Shown piece by piece: positions 1 through 10,152 of a DNA stretch of 64,000 bases. The notes below the pieces were generated by a model. That model saw only the letters and a program-made list of their open reading frames with translations, was not told the DNA's origin and did not search any database. Made by a program: the position numbers and the translations under genes. Position 1 is the first letter of the stretch. Each line of letters starts with the position of its first letter. The DNA comes from Candidatus Latescibacterota bacterium (GTDB lineage: Bacteria; Latescibacterota; UBA2968), in the NCBI GenBank assembly GCA_965222605.1, contig OZ244960.1, forward strand, positions 4,512,001 through 4,576,000, read 5' to 3'.

Positions 1-175
1 GATGCACTTCTGATTGCAACATATTGAGATGTTCTTTTAGTTCGATATTTTCGCCGTTGAGATGTTCAACTTCTGTCGCCAGCATGTCGAGAAATGCCTG
101 CACCTCCTCTTGATCATAACCGCGAAAAGACTTTTTAAAAATCTGCTTGCGAATATCCAGCGGTGTGATGTTCAC
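1..175 (-). CDS. divIVA: DivIVA domain protein (5' part; runs off window start)
   Basis: Manual translation from GTG at 175: (M)NITPLDIRKQIFKKSFRGYDQEEVQAFLD..., the typical DivIVA N-terminus (TPLDI...F.K.FRGYD..EV..FL). GGAGG-like RBS; downstream of yggT. Confidence 0.9.
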   Translation of the reverse strand, partial: MNITPLDIRKQIFKKSFRGYDQEEVQAFLDMLATEVEHLNGENIELKEHLNMLQSEVH

Positions 176-198
176 AATTTCCCTCCCCCAAGGGCTAT

Positions 199-786
199 TT
201 ATAACTCAAATACACTTTGAATGGCACTCTGAACAATTTGCAGAAGCAAAATTAACAAAATAGGTGACAAATCGAACATGCCCAGTGGAGGAACGATTCG
301 CCGAAAAGGCCCCATAATAGGCTCAGTCAAGCTGTAAAGCGTCCACATAAATCTGCCTCCGCGCACAAAGGGCAACCAGGAAAATACGATACGCGCGATA
401 ATTAAAACCAGCAAGATCGCAACGGCCCCATAGAGCAGCCATCCGATGATATGCAGGATTTCGCCAGAAGAAATTCCGTGCAACAATCCAATGAGTGAAT
501 ACAGCACATCGTTGGTTAACCATTTTAAAAAAAATGCCCCGATCAATGTCGCAATCACCAGGATCAACGGTGCCGCGGCGGCATTTCCGGGCATGTGTTG
601 GGCAATGGGCCACACGAGCGGATCAGTTACGCGCCGAACATAATATGCAGACCAGCCAGAAGAATTTATACGCAATAAAACAGCGCGCAACAACAGCAAC
701 GCCACCATGCCGATTACCAATGCAACAAGCACCCAGTCAATGGCTTGTTGGATTAAAATAATCGTCTGAGCAACCACATCAACCAT
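199..786 (-). CDS. yggT: YggT family membrane protein (two YGGT repeats)
   Basis: Motif LYSLTEPIMGPFRRIVPPLGMFDLSP plus an earlier degenerate repeat VRRVTDPLVWP; lies between yggS and divIVA. Confidence 0.88.
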   Translation of the reverse strand: MVDVVAQTIILIQQAIDWVLVALVIGMVALLLLRAVLLRINSSGWSAYYVRRVTDPLVWPIAQHMPGNAAAAPLILVIATLIGAFFLKWLTNDVLYSLIGLLHGISSGEILHIIGWLLYGAVAILLVLIIARIVFSWLPFVRGGRFMWTLYSLTEPIMGPFRRIVPPLGMFDLSPILLILLLQIVQSAIQSVFEL

Positions 787-789
787 AGT

Positions 790-1473
790 CTATACCGCCC
801 GCTGGCCAAAAATCGCCGTGCCCACGCGAACCATTGTCGCGCCTTCTTCAATCGCTACTTCAAAGTCGTTGGTCATCCCCATAGACAGGGCAGACACCTG
901 AGGCTTATGAATTGCGATGCGGTCCCTGATTTGTCGCAACAGGACAAAATTTGGCCGCGCTGTTTCGGGGTCTGGTGCAAATGCGCCAATCGTCATCAGC
1001 CCTACCACCGAAATACCCGCTAAGTCATCAACCTGTCCGACGAAGTCTATTGCCGCGTTGGGCGATAGACCAAACTTCGATGTTTCGCCCGATGTATTCA
1101 CCTGTACCAATACATGAACTGGGGTATTTCTGCGCATGGCCCACCGGCTGATCTCTTTCGCCAGACGCAATGTGTCAACCGAATGAATCAGGTCGAATAA
1201 AGGCAATGCAATTTTGACTTTGTTGCGCTGTAAGTGCCCAACCAAATGCCAGGATACCGCGTCCGTTACTTCTGCGACCTTGTGCTGGGCCTCTTGCACG
1301 CGACTTTCACCTAAAATCCGTGTCCCCGCATCTACGACCTGTTGCACGATATCGGCAGGCCAGGTCTTTGTTACAACTATCAATTTAATCGCATCTGCAG
1401 ACCGCCCGGACCGATGGGCAGCCCTGGCAATGCGGTCTTGAACGCGTTTTAAGTTCTCAGCAATTGCCGACAT
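790..1473 (-). CDS. yggS: YggS family pyridoxal phosphate homeostasis protein
   Basis: Motifs VVTK, GESRVQE, WHLVGHLQRNKVK, LSMGMTNDFEVAIEEGATMVRVGTAIFG. Start taken at ATG 1473. Confidence 0.95.
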   Translation of the reverse strand: MSAIAENLKRVQDRIARAAHRSGRSADAIKLIVVTKTWPADIVQQVVDAGTRILGESRVQEAQHKVAEVTDAVSWHLVGHLQRNKVKIALPLFDLIHSVDTLRLAKEISRWAMRRNTPVHVLVQVNTSGETSKFGLSPNAAIDFVGQVDDLAGISVVGLMTIGAFAPDPETARPNFVLLRQIRDRIAIHKPQVSALSMGMTNDFEVAIEEGATMVRVGTAIFGQRAV

Positions 1474-1681
1474 AGGTTTCGATCTCAAAATTAAAATATA
1501 GATTTCATAATGTAGGTAAAAACCAGTGTAATGGCAACAAAAACGGCTTGGAATACTGAGGCGAATCGCGTGAGATTTTTAGCTTTGTAGGCTAAAAAAA
1601 CGTTGACTCCACACGGGAGATATATGTATTGTACAGGTGCTCTCATATCACGTCTTATCTTTTTAATCCGGAGCTATTCTT

Positions 1682-3604
1682 ATGCCGCGAAATGGTTATG
1701 GACACATGGTGCTGGATGACTATGTCGCGCGCGTGCGGGCTGTAAATGCCGACCGCGCAAAACGCCTATCGTCCATCCGCACAAAAAAAGAAGCTTTCGC
1801 ATACCAGGATACGGTGCGCGAGGCGATTGACAAAGCCTATCGCCCATGGCCGCGCAAAACACCTCTTTGTGCGCGCGTCGTGGGTACAATTGAACGCCAT
1901 CATTACCGCATTGAAAAAATTCTTTTTGAGAGCCGCCCGGGTTGTTTGGTCACCGCCCATCTCTATGTGCCCGACAAACTCGATGGGCCGGCACCCGGTA
2001 TTATTGGCTCCTGTGGTCATGCTGCCGAAGGCAAAAATGCACCGCTTTATCAGGCATTTTGTCAGCGTTTGGCGCGCAACGGCTTTGTCGTTTTGATCTA
2101 TGATCCCTTCAATCAGGGCGAGCGCGATCAATATTATGCCCTGCACAGCCGTGAAAGTGTGCGGTCATCAACACATGCCCACAATATGATGGGCAAACAA
2201 CTCGAACTCGTAGGCGAATGGTTTGGCGCGTGGCGTGCATGGGATGGCATCCGTGCACTCGACTATCTGCTCACTCGTCCCGAAGTCGATCCCGCGCACA
2301 TCGGGCTTACGGGCAACTCGGGCGGCGGCACTGTGACCAGTTGGATATGGCCAGTAGAAGAGCGTTTTACTATGGCTGCCCCCAGTTGTTTTGTCACCAC
2401 TTTTGCCGCCAATCTCGAAAATGAACTGCCCGCCGATTCGGAACAATATCCGCCGGGTGTGATTGGCGCGGGCCTGGATATGGCCGATTTTTTTATTGCT
2501 CGAGCACCTGCCCCTATTATTTTGCTCGGGCAAACCTATTGCTTTTTTGACCGACGCGGTCTCAAACAAGCCTATTCTGAAGTCCGTCGTTTCTACGATA
2601 TCATTGGCGCGCCAGCCAATGCGACTGATATTTTTATTGGGTCAGAAGGCCACGGCTTTTTCCGAGATAACCAGGAAGCTATGGTGCGATTTTTTGCAAC
2701 GCATGCCGGCATTCAGCAGGTTGCCCGTTTGGAAGAGACCGAAGACCTGGGCGATGTCTTAAATGCCACTCCAAAAGGTGAGGTTGTGCCCGAAGGTGCT
2801 ACTCCTATTTACGATCTCATTGCCCAAAAAGCAGATGTTCTTGCATCAAAACGCAAAAAGTTGAGCAAAGACGAACTCATCCGTTGCGTGCAAGGCGTGC
2901 TCAACTTGTCTGTCAACCGCGACCTGCCCCACCACCGCTGGTTGCGCAGCACGACCGAAGACGGCGTTCGCCTGGCGCGGTATGCAATTGAAACGGAGGG
3001 CAATATTCGCGCTATTATGCGGAAACGCCTGTCCAATCCGTCTTATGCGCATACGCTCGATGTCGAGCGCGAAGTCCACCTTTATTTGCCACATGTTTCT
3101 GCCGAAGTGGATCTGATCGAAGATCCTTTTGCGAAAAAACTCAAAGAACAGCATCCGATCTATGCACTCGATGTGCGCGGCCTGGGAGAATCGCTTGCCG
3201 ATGATGAACGCGAATTTTTTCATCCTTATGGCAATGACTATATGTGCAATGGTTATGGTCTGATGCTCGGTCAAAGTTTTCTCGGACGGCGGGTACAAGA
3301 TGTGTTATCCACACTCGATCTGCTGGCTTATGAAGGCGCGGAAAAAATCCATCTTTACGGTCGTGGGCAGGGTGCGATTCACGCGCTATTTGCCGGATTT
3401 CTCCATTCTGCAGTGACGACTATAACTCTGAAAAATTATCCGCTGTCCTATCACGCCTGGACACAAACGCCCCTGATCTGTTGGCCTGCAGCCAGTATCC
3501 CTCGGGGCGTTCTCACATCATTTGATCTGCCCGATTTGGTGGATGCCCTGGGCAAAAAACTCGAGCTTATACAGCCCTGGGGAGGCGATATGGGAGAAGG
3601 GTGA
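1682..3604 (+). CDS. Two-domain alpha/beta hydrolase (acetyl xylan esterase-like)
   Basis: 640 aa. IEKILFESRPG, CGH, nucleophile elbow GNSGGG, WDGIRALDYL, later HGF. Second domain has a degenerate elbow GRGQG. Confidence 0.75.
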   Translation: MPRNGYGHMVLDDYVARVRAVNADRAKRLSSIRTKKEAFAYQDTVREAIDKAYRPWPRKTPLCARVVGTIERHHYRIEKILFESRPGCLVTAHLYVPDKLDGPAPGIIGSCGHAAEGKNAPLYQAFCQRLARNGFVVLIYDPFNQGERDQYYALHSRESVRSSTHAHNMMGKQLELVGEWFGAWRAWDGIRALDYLLTRPEVDPAHIGLTGNSGGGTVTSWIWPVEERFTMAAPSCFVTTFAANLENELPADSEQYPPGVIGAGLDMADFFIARAPAPIILLGQTYCFFDRRGLKQAYSEVRRFYDIIGAPANATDIFIGSEGHGFFRDNQEAMVRFFATHAGIQQVARLEETEDLGDVLNATPKGEVVPEGATPIYDLIAQKADVLASKRKKLSKDELIRCVQGVLNLSVNRDLPHHRWLRSTTEDGVRLARYAIETEGNIRAIMRKRLSNPSYAHTLDVEREVHLYLPHVSAEVDLIEDPFAKKLKEQHPIYALDVRGLGESLADDEREFFHPYGNDYMCNGYGLMLGQSFLGRRVQDVLSTLDLLAYEGAEKIHLYGRGQGAIHALFAGFLHSAVTTITLKNYPLSYHAWTQTPLICWPAASIPRGVLTSFDLPDLVDALGKKLELIQPWGGDMGEG

Positions 3605-3621
3605 AGTGAGAGGGCTGGGGT

Positions 3622-4374
3622 TTATCCTTCCAGTTGTTCGCGCAAATGGGTTTCCATTGCTACAAATTGGGGGTCGGCGCGCAAGGTGTTTTCTCGAGGA
3701 TGGGGAAAATTGACTCTCAGGTCTTCCGTAATTCTGCCGGGTCTGGCAGACATCACCACAACGCGGTCGGAGAGGAGCAATGCCTCAGAAATGCTGTGGG
3801 TAATAAATAAGACAGCAGCACCGGTCGCCTGCCAGATTCGCAGCAGTTCAATTTGCATCTTTTCCCGCGTCATTTCATCCAATGCCCCAAAAGGCTCGTC
3901 CATAAGCAAAACGGATGGTCGGAAGGTCAAGACTCTGGCTATGGCGACTCGCGATTGCATGCCACCGGATAGTTCGCGTGGATACGCATGCTCAAATCCA
4001 GCCAATCCGACAATGTCGATCATCTCAGAGACGCGGCTTAAAATTTCTGCGTCTCCAAAGACCTCTGCGGGTAGGCGTACATTTTCTTCTACCGTGCGCC
4101 AGTCGAGAAGCGAGGGATGTTGAAATACAAAGCCCACCAACCGTTCGCGTCGCGCGGCTTCGGGTATTTTCCCCAGTACGCGAACCGTGCCTTTCGTCGG
4201 TGTTTCCAGATCGCCGACAATCCGCATTAAGCTCGTTTTGCCACATCCCGAGGGACCGATCATACTGACAAATTCGCCCTGCGCTATCTGTAGCGAAATT
4301 TGTGCGAGTGCCTCTACGCGATTGCTGTCGGTTACGAAAACCTTGTGAATATCTCGCAGTTCAATGGCTAACAT
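3622..4374 (-). CDS. ABC transporter ATP-binding protein (NitT/TauT/SsuB type)
   Basis: Walker A GPSGCGKT, signature LSGGMQ, Walker B LLMDEPFGALD, ITH switch. Confidence 0.92.
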   Translation of the reverse strand: MLAIELRDIHKVFVTDSNRVEALAQISLQIAQGEFVSMIGPSGCGKTSLMRIVGDLETPTKGTVRVLGKIPEAARRERLVGFVFQHPSLLDWRTVEENVRLPAEVFGDAEILSRVSEMIDIVGLAGFEHAYPRELSGGMQSRVAIARVLTFRPSVLLMDEPFGALDEMTREKMQIELLRIWQATGAAVLFITHSISEALLLSDRVVVMSARPGRITEDLRVNFPHPRENTLRADPQFVAMETHLREQLEG

Positions 4375-4400
4375 TGGAACTCACTTTTCGCGTCTCATTT

Positions 4401-5882
4401 TCAATGCTTGATCAAGTGCTTTTCCAGGGTTTTGACCGCGGTTCTCAGCGTTTTAATGCGTGCATATAGCTTGCAGTTGGACTCTACAACGGTCCATGGC
4501 GCGCAATCTGTATTCGTGCGATACAACATCTCATCCACTGCGTCGCGATACTGATTCCATTTCTCTCGATTGCGCCAATCCTCATCTGTAATTTTCCACT
4601 GTTTGAACGGTACTTTTTCGCGGTCTTGAAAACGCTTCAATTGTTCGTCTTTGTCAATATCGATCCAGAATTTGAATAATAAGGTGCCGTAATTTGCCAT
4701 CTGTTCTTCCATTTCGTTGATTTCGCGGTACGCGCGTTGCCATTCCTGTTTTGTCGCAAATCCCTCTACGCGCTCGACCAGAACGCGCCCGTACCACGAC
4801 CGATCAAAGATGGCAAAATGGCCGGCTTTGGGCATTTTGATCCAAAACCGCCACAAATAGTGATGTGCCAATTCAATATCATTTGGCGCGGCGATGGGGA
4901 TCACTTCGTATCCCCTCGGGTCCATACGGCGCACCAGGCGTTTGATATTGCCGCCCTTTCCCGCAGCGTCCCAGCCTTCGTACACAATGACCACCGACTG
5001 TCTTCGCAAATACACTTCGTGTTCGAGTTCCCATATCTTTTTTTGATAAATGCGGCGCAGACGATCGTATTCTTTGCGCGTGAGTTCTTTGGATAAATCA
5101 GAAGTTTCGAGCATAGAATGCGGGATTGGGGGTAGGGAAACCGCGTTGGTCCGCGTCTTTTTGTTCAGAGATGCCAGTTTTTTTTCCAGGACTTCTATTA
5201 CTTTTTCAAATACTGAAACTGTTGCAAAACGCCAATTTCGAGCAGACACAATATACCAGGGGGCATATTCATTGTCCGTACGTGCGATCATTTCTTCGAT
5301 GACTTCCCCATACGATTCGTATTGCTTATTCTTTTTCCAATCGTAATCTGTCACGCGCCAGGCAGTCAGGGGATTTTTTTCGAGTTGCTTAAAACGCTTT
5401 TTTTGTTCTTGGCGCGAAATGTGCAGGAAAAACTTGACGATTACATGGCCGTCATCTACGAGTTGTCGCTCGAAACTATTCACTTCTTGATATGCCTTGT
5501 CAGCCGGTAGTTTGCCCATCATCGGATCCAATTTCTCCACAATGAACCGACTGTACCAACTTCGCCCGTAAATCGCAATGCGCCCGCGTTCGGGTATTTT
5601 GGTCCAGAACCGCCACATAAATGGTCGGTAAGTCTCTTCTTCATTGGAAACCTGCGTCGAATATACTTTGACGCCGCGGGGATCGAGTACTTGCAATAAT
5701 TCGTTGATCAGCCGCCCTTTGCCAGAAGCGCCCCAGCCTTCAAATACGATCGTGATGGGCACTTTGTTTTCCAGAGCTTGTCGCTCGAGTTGGCCCATTT
5801 TTATTTCCAATTTTTCCATCCGGGCGTTGTATTCAGATTTTTTTATTATTTGTTTTAGATCGATAGCATCCAGCATTTCCAT
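4401..5882 (-). CDS. pap: Polyphosphate:AMP phosphotransferase (PPK2 class II, double domain)
   Basis: Two PPK2 domains: FEGWGASGKG and YEGWDAAGKGG, DPRG twice, FDRSWYGRVLVERVEG. Confidence 0.92.
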   Translation of the reverse strand: MEMLDAIDLKQIIKKSEYNARMEKLEIKMGQLERQALENKVPITIVFEGWGASGKGRLINELLQVLDPRGVKVYSTQVSNEEETYRPFMWRFWTKIPERGRIAIYGRSWYSRFIVEKLDPMMGKLPADKAYQEVNSFERQLVDDGHVIVKFFLHISRQEQKKRFKQLEKNPLTAWRVTDYDWKKNKQYESYGEVIEEMIARTDNEYAPWYIVSARNWRFATVSVFEKVIEVLEKKLASLNKKTRTNAVSLPPIPHSMLETSDLSKELTRKEYDRLRRIYQKKIWELEHEVYLRRQSVVIVYEGWDAAGKGGNIKRLVRRMDPRGYEVIPIAAPNDIELAHHYLWRFWIKMPKAGHFAIFDRSWYGRVLVERVEGFATKQEWQRAYREINEMEEQMANYGTLLFKFWIDIDKDEQLKRFQDREKVPFKQWKITDEDWRNREKWNQYRDAVDEMLYRTNTDCAPWTVVESNCKLYARIKTLRTAVKTLEKHLIKH

Positions 5883-5885
5883 ATT

Positions 5886-7010
5886 TTACTCCTCTACCCA
5901 CGAACGCGAGTCGGGCACGTCTAACCACGCTTCGTCTTGTACAATTGATTGCTGACTGATTAATCCCGGCAAGGTCATGTCCATGGCTTCATGAATGCCA
6001 ATCGGACAGGCGATTTCGCCGTTAATGCTTTGAATAAAATCTAGGACCTCGAAAAAGTCGCCCCCGCCGTGCCCGGCTTTTAATGCCGTTTCAGAGGGAT
6101 TGCGCCACATGTCGGGCAAATAATCTTCTTCCAGATCTGTCAAATCCATCCATTCATTTTTTTCGTCGCAGATATCTGCAAGCCATACGCGATTGACACC
6201 ACCGCGCGAGCGCGCCGATTCATAGCATCCTTTTGTCCCTTGCAGTTGAAAATTGCCGGTTGCATGGGGGCGTTCCGATAGCATATCTACCCGGATTTTT
6301 ACCAGTCCGCCACGCGCCATCTGGCACAACATGACGCACGAATCCTGATTTTCATACTGATCTCCCCGCGGGTCTGTGTAATGGTGTCCGCTGCCCGCAC
6401 AACACACCCGCACCACGCGATCGCCTGGCATCCATTGCAAAAGAGGTCCCAGGCTGTGCGTGCAATAGGTTATACCATCAATACCCGTTTGCCACTTGCG
6501 CCGCCAGGTTGTGATTTCATTCAGGGCTTTCAATTCGTGCAAATACTCTCCTTCACCGTAATATACATCGCCGAACAAACCCCGCCGCACGAGTTCTTTC
6601 ACCAGTACGTTGGGGCGGGTATAGGTGTAATTTTCAGCCATCATATAGATTGCTTTTGACGAAGTAGCGGCATGTACCAGGCCGCGGCATTCCGCTACGG
6701 AGACCCCGGCTGTGACTTCGCTCAAGACGTGGATATTGCGATGCAGTGCCTCAATTGCTTGCGGAGCGTGAAAATGCATGGGCGTGCCGATGACGACCGC
6801 ATCGAGTTCAGAACGCGACAGCATGGTTTCGTAGTCCGCGTATTTTTCAGACGCTCCCAGTCGTTCAGCAGCCGCGTCGAGTTCCTCTTCGCGCACATCG
6901 CATACCGCGTGAATGCGAGCCGTTTTCTGCGCTTCAAAAGCCACCCGAAAACTGCCCCCACGCCCAGCAGCGCCCACAATGCCCACGTTTAATTTTTCAG
7001 CAATGCCCAT
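5886..7010 (-). CDS. Gfo/Idh/MocA family oxidoreductase
   Basis: N-terminal Rossmann VGIVGAAGRG, DAVVIGTPMHFH, VLSEV, AGHGGGDF. Confidence 0.88.
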   Translation of the reverse strand: MGIAEKLNVGIVGAAGRGGSFRVAFEAQKTARIHAVCDVREEELDAAAERLGASEKYADYETMLSRSELDAVVIGTPMHFHAPQAIEALHRNIHVLSEVTAGVSVAECRGLVHAATSSKAIYMMAENYTYTRPNVLVKELVRRGLFGDVYYGEGEYLHELKALNEITTWRRKWQTGIDGITYCTHSLGPLLQWMPGDRVVRVCCAGSGHHYTDPRGDQYENQDSCVMLCQMARGGLVKIRVDMLSERPHATGNFQLQGTKGCYESARSRGGVNRVWLADICDEKNEWMDLTDLEEDYLPDMWRNPSETALKAGHGGGDFFEVLDFIQSINGEIACPIGIHEAMDMTLPGLISQQSIVQDEAWLDVPDSRSWVEE

Positions 7011-7031
7011 TAAATATCTCCGGAAAATTGG

Positions 7032-8720
7032 CTAATCGCTTCCGCCAAGACTCGACAGACGCATATCTTCTACCAGCATTTGCACGTTGGTTCTGCCTTG
7101 CCATGTATTGGCCTGTAGTGCAAAGGCGAGATCGACGCGATCGCCCACTGACAATTCGTAAACTCGTTCGCCCTGGCGAAACCAGATTGCATCGCACAGA
7201 TCAGCACCTGTATCCACGCTGAGTTTCAAATGCGCTCCGCGGCCTATGGCGCGCGCATCTGCAATTCGGCAATTGCGGGCTATAAAACGCGGCGATTCGT
7301 TCTTCGAACCAAAAGGTGCCAATTTGTCCAGGGTGTCAACGGTCGCGAGCGAAATATCGGATGGCTTGAGTGCGACATCGACTTCTAATTGTGGCGTTAG
7401 TGCTTCCTCTGATAACCGCGCTTGAGCATCTGCGATCAATCGCGCTTGAAATTCGGGATAATTTTCAGCGGGGACTGAAAATCCGGCGGCATCGGCGTGT
7501 CCACCAAATTCGGTGAGCAAATCTGAGGCGCGGAAAATCGCCTCGACGATATTGTATCCCCCTGCTGTGCGCGCAGAACCCGTATAGATGCCATTTTTTC
7601 GAAAATTAGTACACACCAGTGCGGGGCGCGAAAATTTTTCTACCAATCGCCCGGCGATTAATCCAACCACACCCAGATGCCAGTTTTCGCCGTGCACGAC
7701 CAAAATGCGATGTTGATCCAACCCGCCATTTTCTACCATGCGTTCTGCTTCGGCTATACCGTCGTTTTGTAGAGCCTGCCTTTCGCCATTCAGGCTGTTT
7801 AATTCTTCAGCGAGTTTTGCAGCTTGCGCGCGATTTTGACAGCGCAACAAATTGAGTGCCAGGTCAGCCGACGATAGGCGCCCGGCGCTGTTGATGCGCG
7901 GTCCCAGGAAGAATCCAATAGAGATCGTGTCGATGGTGCGGTTGCCTGTGCCAGCGACGGCTTTGAGTGCCTGCAAGCCCGGCCGCTCGGTGGTATCGAG
8001 TACCTGCATTCCCTTCCGCGTAAGCAGGCGATTTTCTTCTATCATGGGGGCCATATCTGCTACAGTGCCCAGAGCTACCAGATCCAAAAGTGAGTTCAAG
8101 TACCGACGGCGTTCCGATGCGGACATGAACTCCGCTGCCAGAGCCTGCACCACCTTAAATGCCACCCCTACGGCAGCCAGTCCCTTGAAGGGATATTCGC
8201 AGTCTGCGCGATTGGGATTCACCAGTGCCAGAGCGTTTGGCAATTTGTCCTGTGGAAGGTGATGGTCAATTACTACGACATCTACACCGGCGGCATTGGC
8301 AGCCTCAATAGCCTCAAAAGACGAAATGCCATTGTCGGCAGTTACTATCAGTTGTGCTCCCTTTTTGAGTGCTCGCGCCACACTTGGCGGCTTCATGCCA
8401 TACCCATCGCGGAACCGGTCAGGCAATAAAAATGAGGCATCGGCCCCAACTTCATCGAAAAAATCCAGCAATACAGCCGTGCTCGTGACGCCATCCACAT
8501 CGTAATCGCCAAAAACCACAATGCGCTCTCCATTGCGAATGGCTTCCGAAATGCATTCAACAATGCGGTGCATGTCCTTCATCAAATAGGGATCATTCAA
8601 AAAACTGGGAGAATCGGACAAATCCTCTATATTCAATGAACGGTTTGCGAGAATGACATCGGCAATAGAATGATAATCGCCCTTATGGCGTATGTTCCAT
8701 ATCGGGTATTTGGGCTCCAT
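7032..8720 (-). CDS. recJ: Single-stranded-DNA-specific exonuclease RecJ
   Basis: GDYDVDGVTS, ADNGI, DHH, LVALGTVAD, GPRINSAGRL, GGHADAAG, LAPFG. Confidence 0.96.
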   Translation of the reverse strand: MEPKYPIWNIRHKGDYHSIADVILANRSLNIEDLSDSPSFLNDPYLMKDMHRIVECISEAIRNGERIVVFGDYDVDGVTSTAVLLDFFDEVGADASFLLPDRFRDGYGMKPPSVARALKKGAQLIVTADNGISSFEAIEAANAAGVDVVVIDHHLPQDKLPNALALVNPNRADCEYPFKGLAAVGVAFKVVQALAAEFMSASERRRYLNSLLDLVALGTVADMAPMIEENRLLTRKGMQVLDTTERPGLQALKAVAGTGNRTIDTISIGFFLGPRINSAGRLSSADLALNLLRCQNRAQAAKLAEELNSLNGERQALQNDGIAEAERMVENGGLDQHRILVVHGENWHLGVVGLIAGRLVEKFSRPALVCTNFRKNGIYTGSARTAGGYNIVEAIFRASDLLTEFGGHADAAGFSVPAENYPEFQARLIADAQARLSEEALTPQLEVDVALKPSDISLATVDTLDKLAPFGSKNESPRFIARNCRIADARAIGRGAHLKLSVDTGADLCDAIWFRQGERVYELSVGDRVDLAFALQANTWQGRTNVQMLVEDMRLSSLGGSD

Positions 8721-8766
8721 AAAATCTCCAGAGTGGTTGGTCAGAGTGAATATATGCGATCTGTGC

Positions 8767-8781
8767 TTGACTTGAAGTCAA
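8767..8781. promoter_or_regulatory. Perfect 7-1-7 palindrome TTGACTT-G-AAGTCAA; candidate operator overlapping -35-like TTGACT
   Basis: Seen directly in the divergent intergenic region between recJ and the chaperone-pspA operon. Confidence 0.4.
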
Positions 8782-8916
8782 TTTGAACGTTAATTTTTTG
8801 AAACTAATATTTCACTTGGGAATCTCATAGGCTGGATGGTGGACTGATGAACTGGCCTGAGAGGTGGCCAGTTGCACACCGGTCCGCTGACCGCTAACTG
8901 CTTTCAGGAGTTTAAA

Positions 8917-9312
8917 ATGTCAGAATATTTCAATACAGTCAAATCTTATCTTCAAGACCTCAATCTCGCGGTTGACGAGGAAGATACCGCTGAAGAACTC
9001 GTTGTGGTGAGTAACGAAGATCGCGGTATCAATCACCTCATTGTCGATTGTGAAGATCCCATCCTCATTATTGAGCAGGCCATTCTGCCCATTCCCAACG
9101 TTCCTGGCGACCTGTACAAAAGGTTGCTCGAAATGAATCGCACACTCGTTCACGGGGCGTTTGCCCTCGATGAGGAAACCGGCACGATTCTTTTCCGCGA
9201 TACCCTGCGCCTCGATACCCTGGATCGATCGGAGCTTGAAGGCTCTATCACGGCGCTCGAACTCGCATTAGCCGAAAATGCCTCAGAATTACTCGAATAT
9301 AGCCATCAGTAG
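8917..9312 (+). CDS. CesT/Tir-chaperone-like (YbjN-type) protein
   Basis: ATG 8917 after AGGAG RBS. 131 aa, acidic, LLEMNRTLVHGAFALDE...FRDTL...LD..EL; directly upstream of pspA. Confidence 0.75.
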   Translation: MSEYFNTVKSYLQDLNLAVDEEDTAEELVVVSNEDRGINHLIVDCEDPILIIEQAILPIPNVPGDLYKRLLEMNRTLVHGAFALDEETGTILFRDTLRLDTLDRSELEGSITALELALAENASELLEYSHQ

Positions 9313-9360
9313 TCAGTATTACTACGTTGACCGCTGACCATTTCTTAAAAGGAGTATCTT

Positions 9361-10065
9361 ATGAGCATCTTTCAACGCCTCTTTAATGTGGGCAAGTCCG
9401 AAGTCAATGCGGCCATTGACAAATTTGAAGACCCAATAAAAATGACCGAACAGGGTATTCGCGATCTAAAACAAGACCTCAATGGGGCGATGACCAGCCT
9501 GGCAGAGGTCAAGGGGCAGGCCATTCGATTGCGAAAGCAGGCTGAAGACAACAAAAAGGCATCTGCAGATTGGGAGAGAAAGGCCATGATTTTGATCCAA
9601 AAGGCCCAAAGCGGCGATCTGGATGCTGAGGAAGCCGATCGGTTGGCAACGGAAGCTCTCAGCCGCAAATCAGAAGCCGACAGCCGCATCTCTCAGTTTG
9701 AACAGGATGCTGAGATGCAGGAAAATATGGCCAATAACCTTCAAAGTCAGGTGGAGAAACTCAAATCTACCATTGCAACACACGAAAATGAACTCATTTC
9801 ACTGCGTGCGCGTGCAAAAACAGCCTCTGCGACCAAAAAGATCAACAAGCAGCTCGCCAAAGTCGATTCGTCTGGTACGATCGCCATGCTCGAGCGCATG
9901 AAAGAACGGGTTGAAGAAGACGAATCGCTCTCGCAGGCTTATGGTGAAATGGCCAATGAATCCAAGAGCGTTGATGAGGAAATTGACGCGGCACTGAGTA
10001 CTTCATCGAGTGGCACAGATCAACGCCTTGCTGAACTCAAAGCAAAGATGGGGATGAATTCGTAA
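9361..10065 (+). CDS. pspA: PspA/IM30 family protein (bacterial ESCRT-III-like)
   Basis: MSIFQRLFNVGKSEVNAAIDKFEDPIKMTEQGIRDLK amphipathic start, long coiled coil, C-terminal LAELKAKMG. AAGGAG RBS. Confidence 0.92.
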   Translation: MSIFQRLFNVGKSEVNAAIDKFEDPIKMTEQGIRDLKQDLNGAMTSLAEVKGQAIRLRKQAEDNKKASADWERKAMILIQKAQSGDLDAEEADRLATEALSRKSEADSRISQFEQDAEMQENMANNLQSQVEKLKSTIATHENELISLRARAKTASATKKINKQLAKVDSSGTIAMLERMKERVEEDESLSQAYGEMANESKSVDEEIDAALSTSSSGTDQRLAELKAKMGMNS

Positions 10066-10078
10066 GTCGTGGATTGGC

Positions 10079-10127
10079 TCTGGGTGTGCCTGGGAATGAG
10101 AGACTCGCGCACCCGGATGAGTTTTTT
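10079..10127 (+). terminator. Hairpin plus T-run after pspA (possible partial terminator)
   Basis: TCTGGGTGTGC pairs with GCGCACCCGGA (with G:U), followed by TGAGTTTTTT. Loop is long (17 nt). Confidence 0.35.
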
Positions 10128-10152
10128 ACTCGCTGCGTTGCAGGGAGAGAAA

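Noticed and set aside
3305-3313. Perfect DnaA box TTATCCACA
   Set aside because: Single copy inside a CDS, 10 kb from the skew flip, with no box cluster or AT-rich unwinding element.
8844-8880. CTGATGA followed by a hairpin, resembling a hammerhead ribozyme core
   Set aside because: The required GAAA after stem II and the stem III/cleavage triplet are absent.
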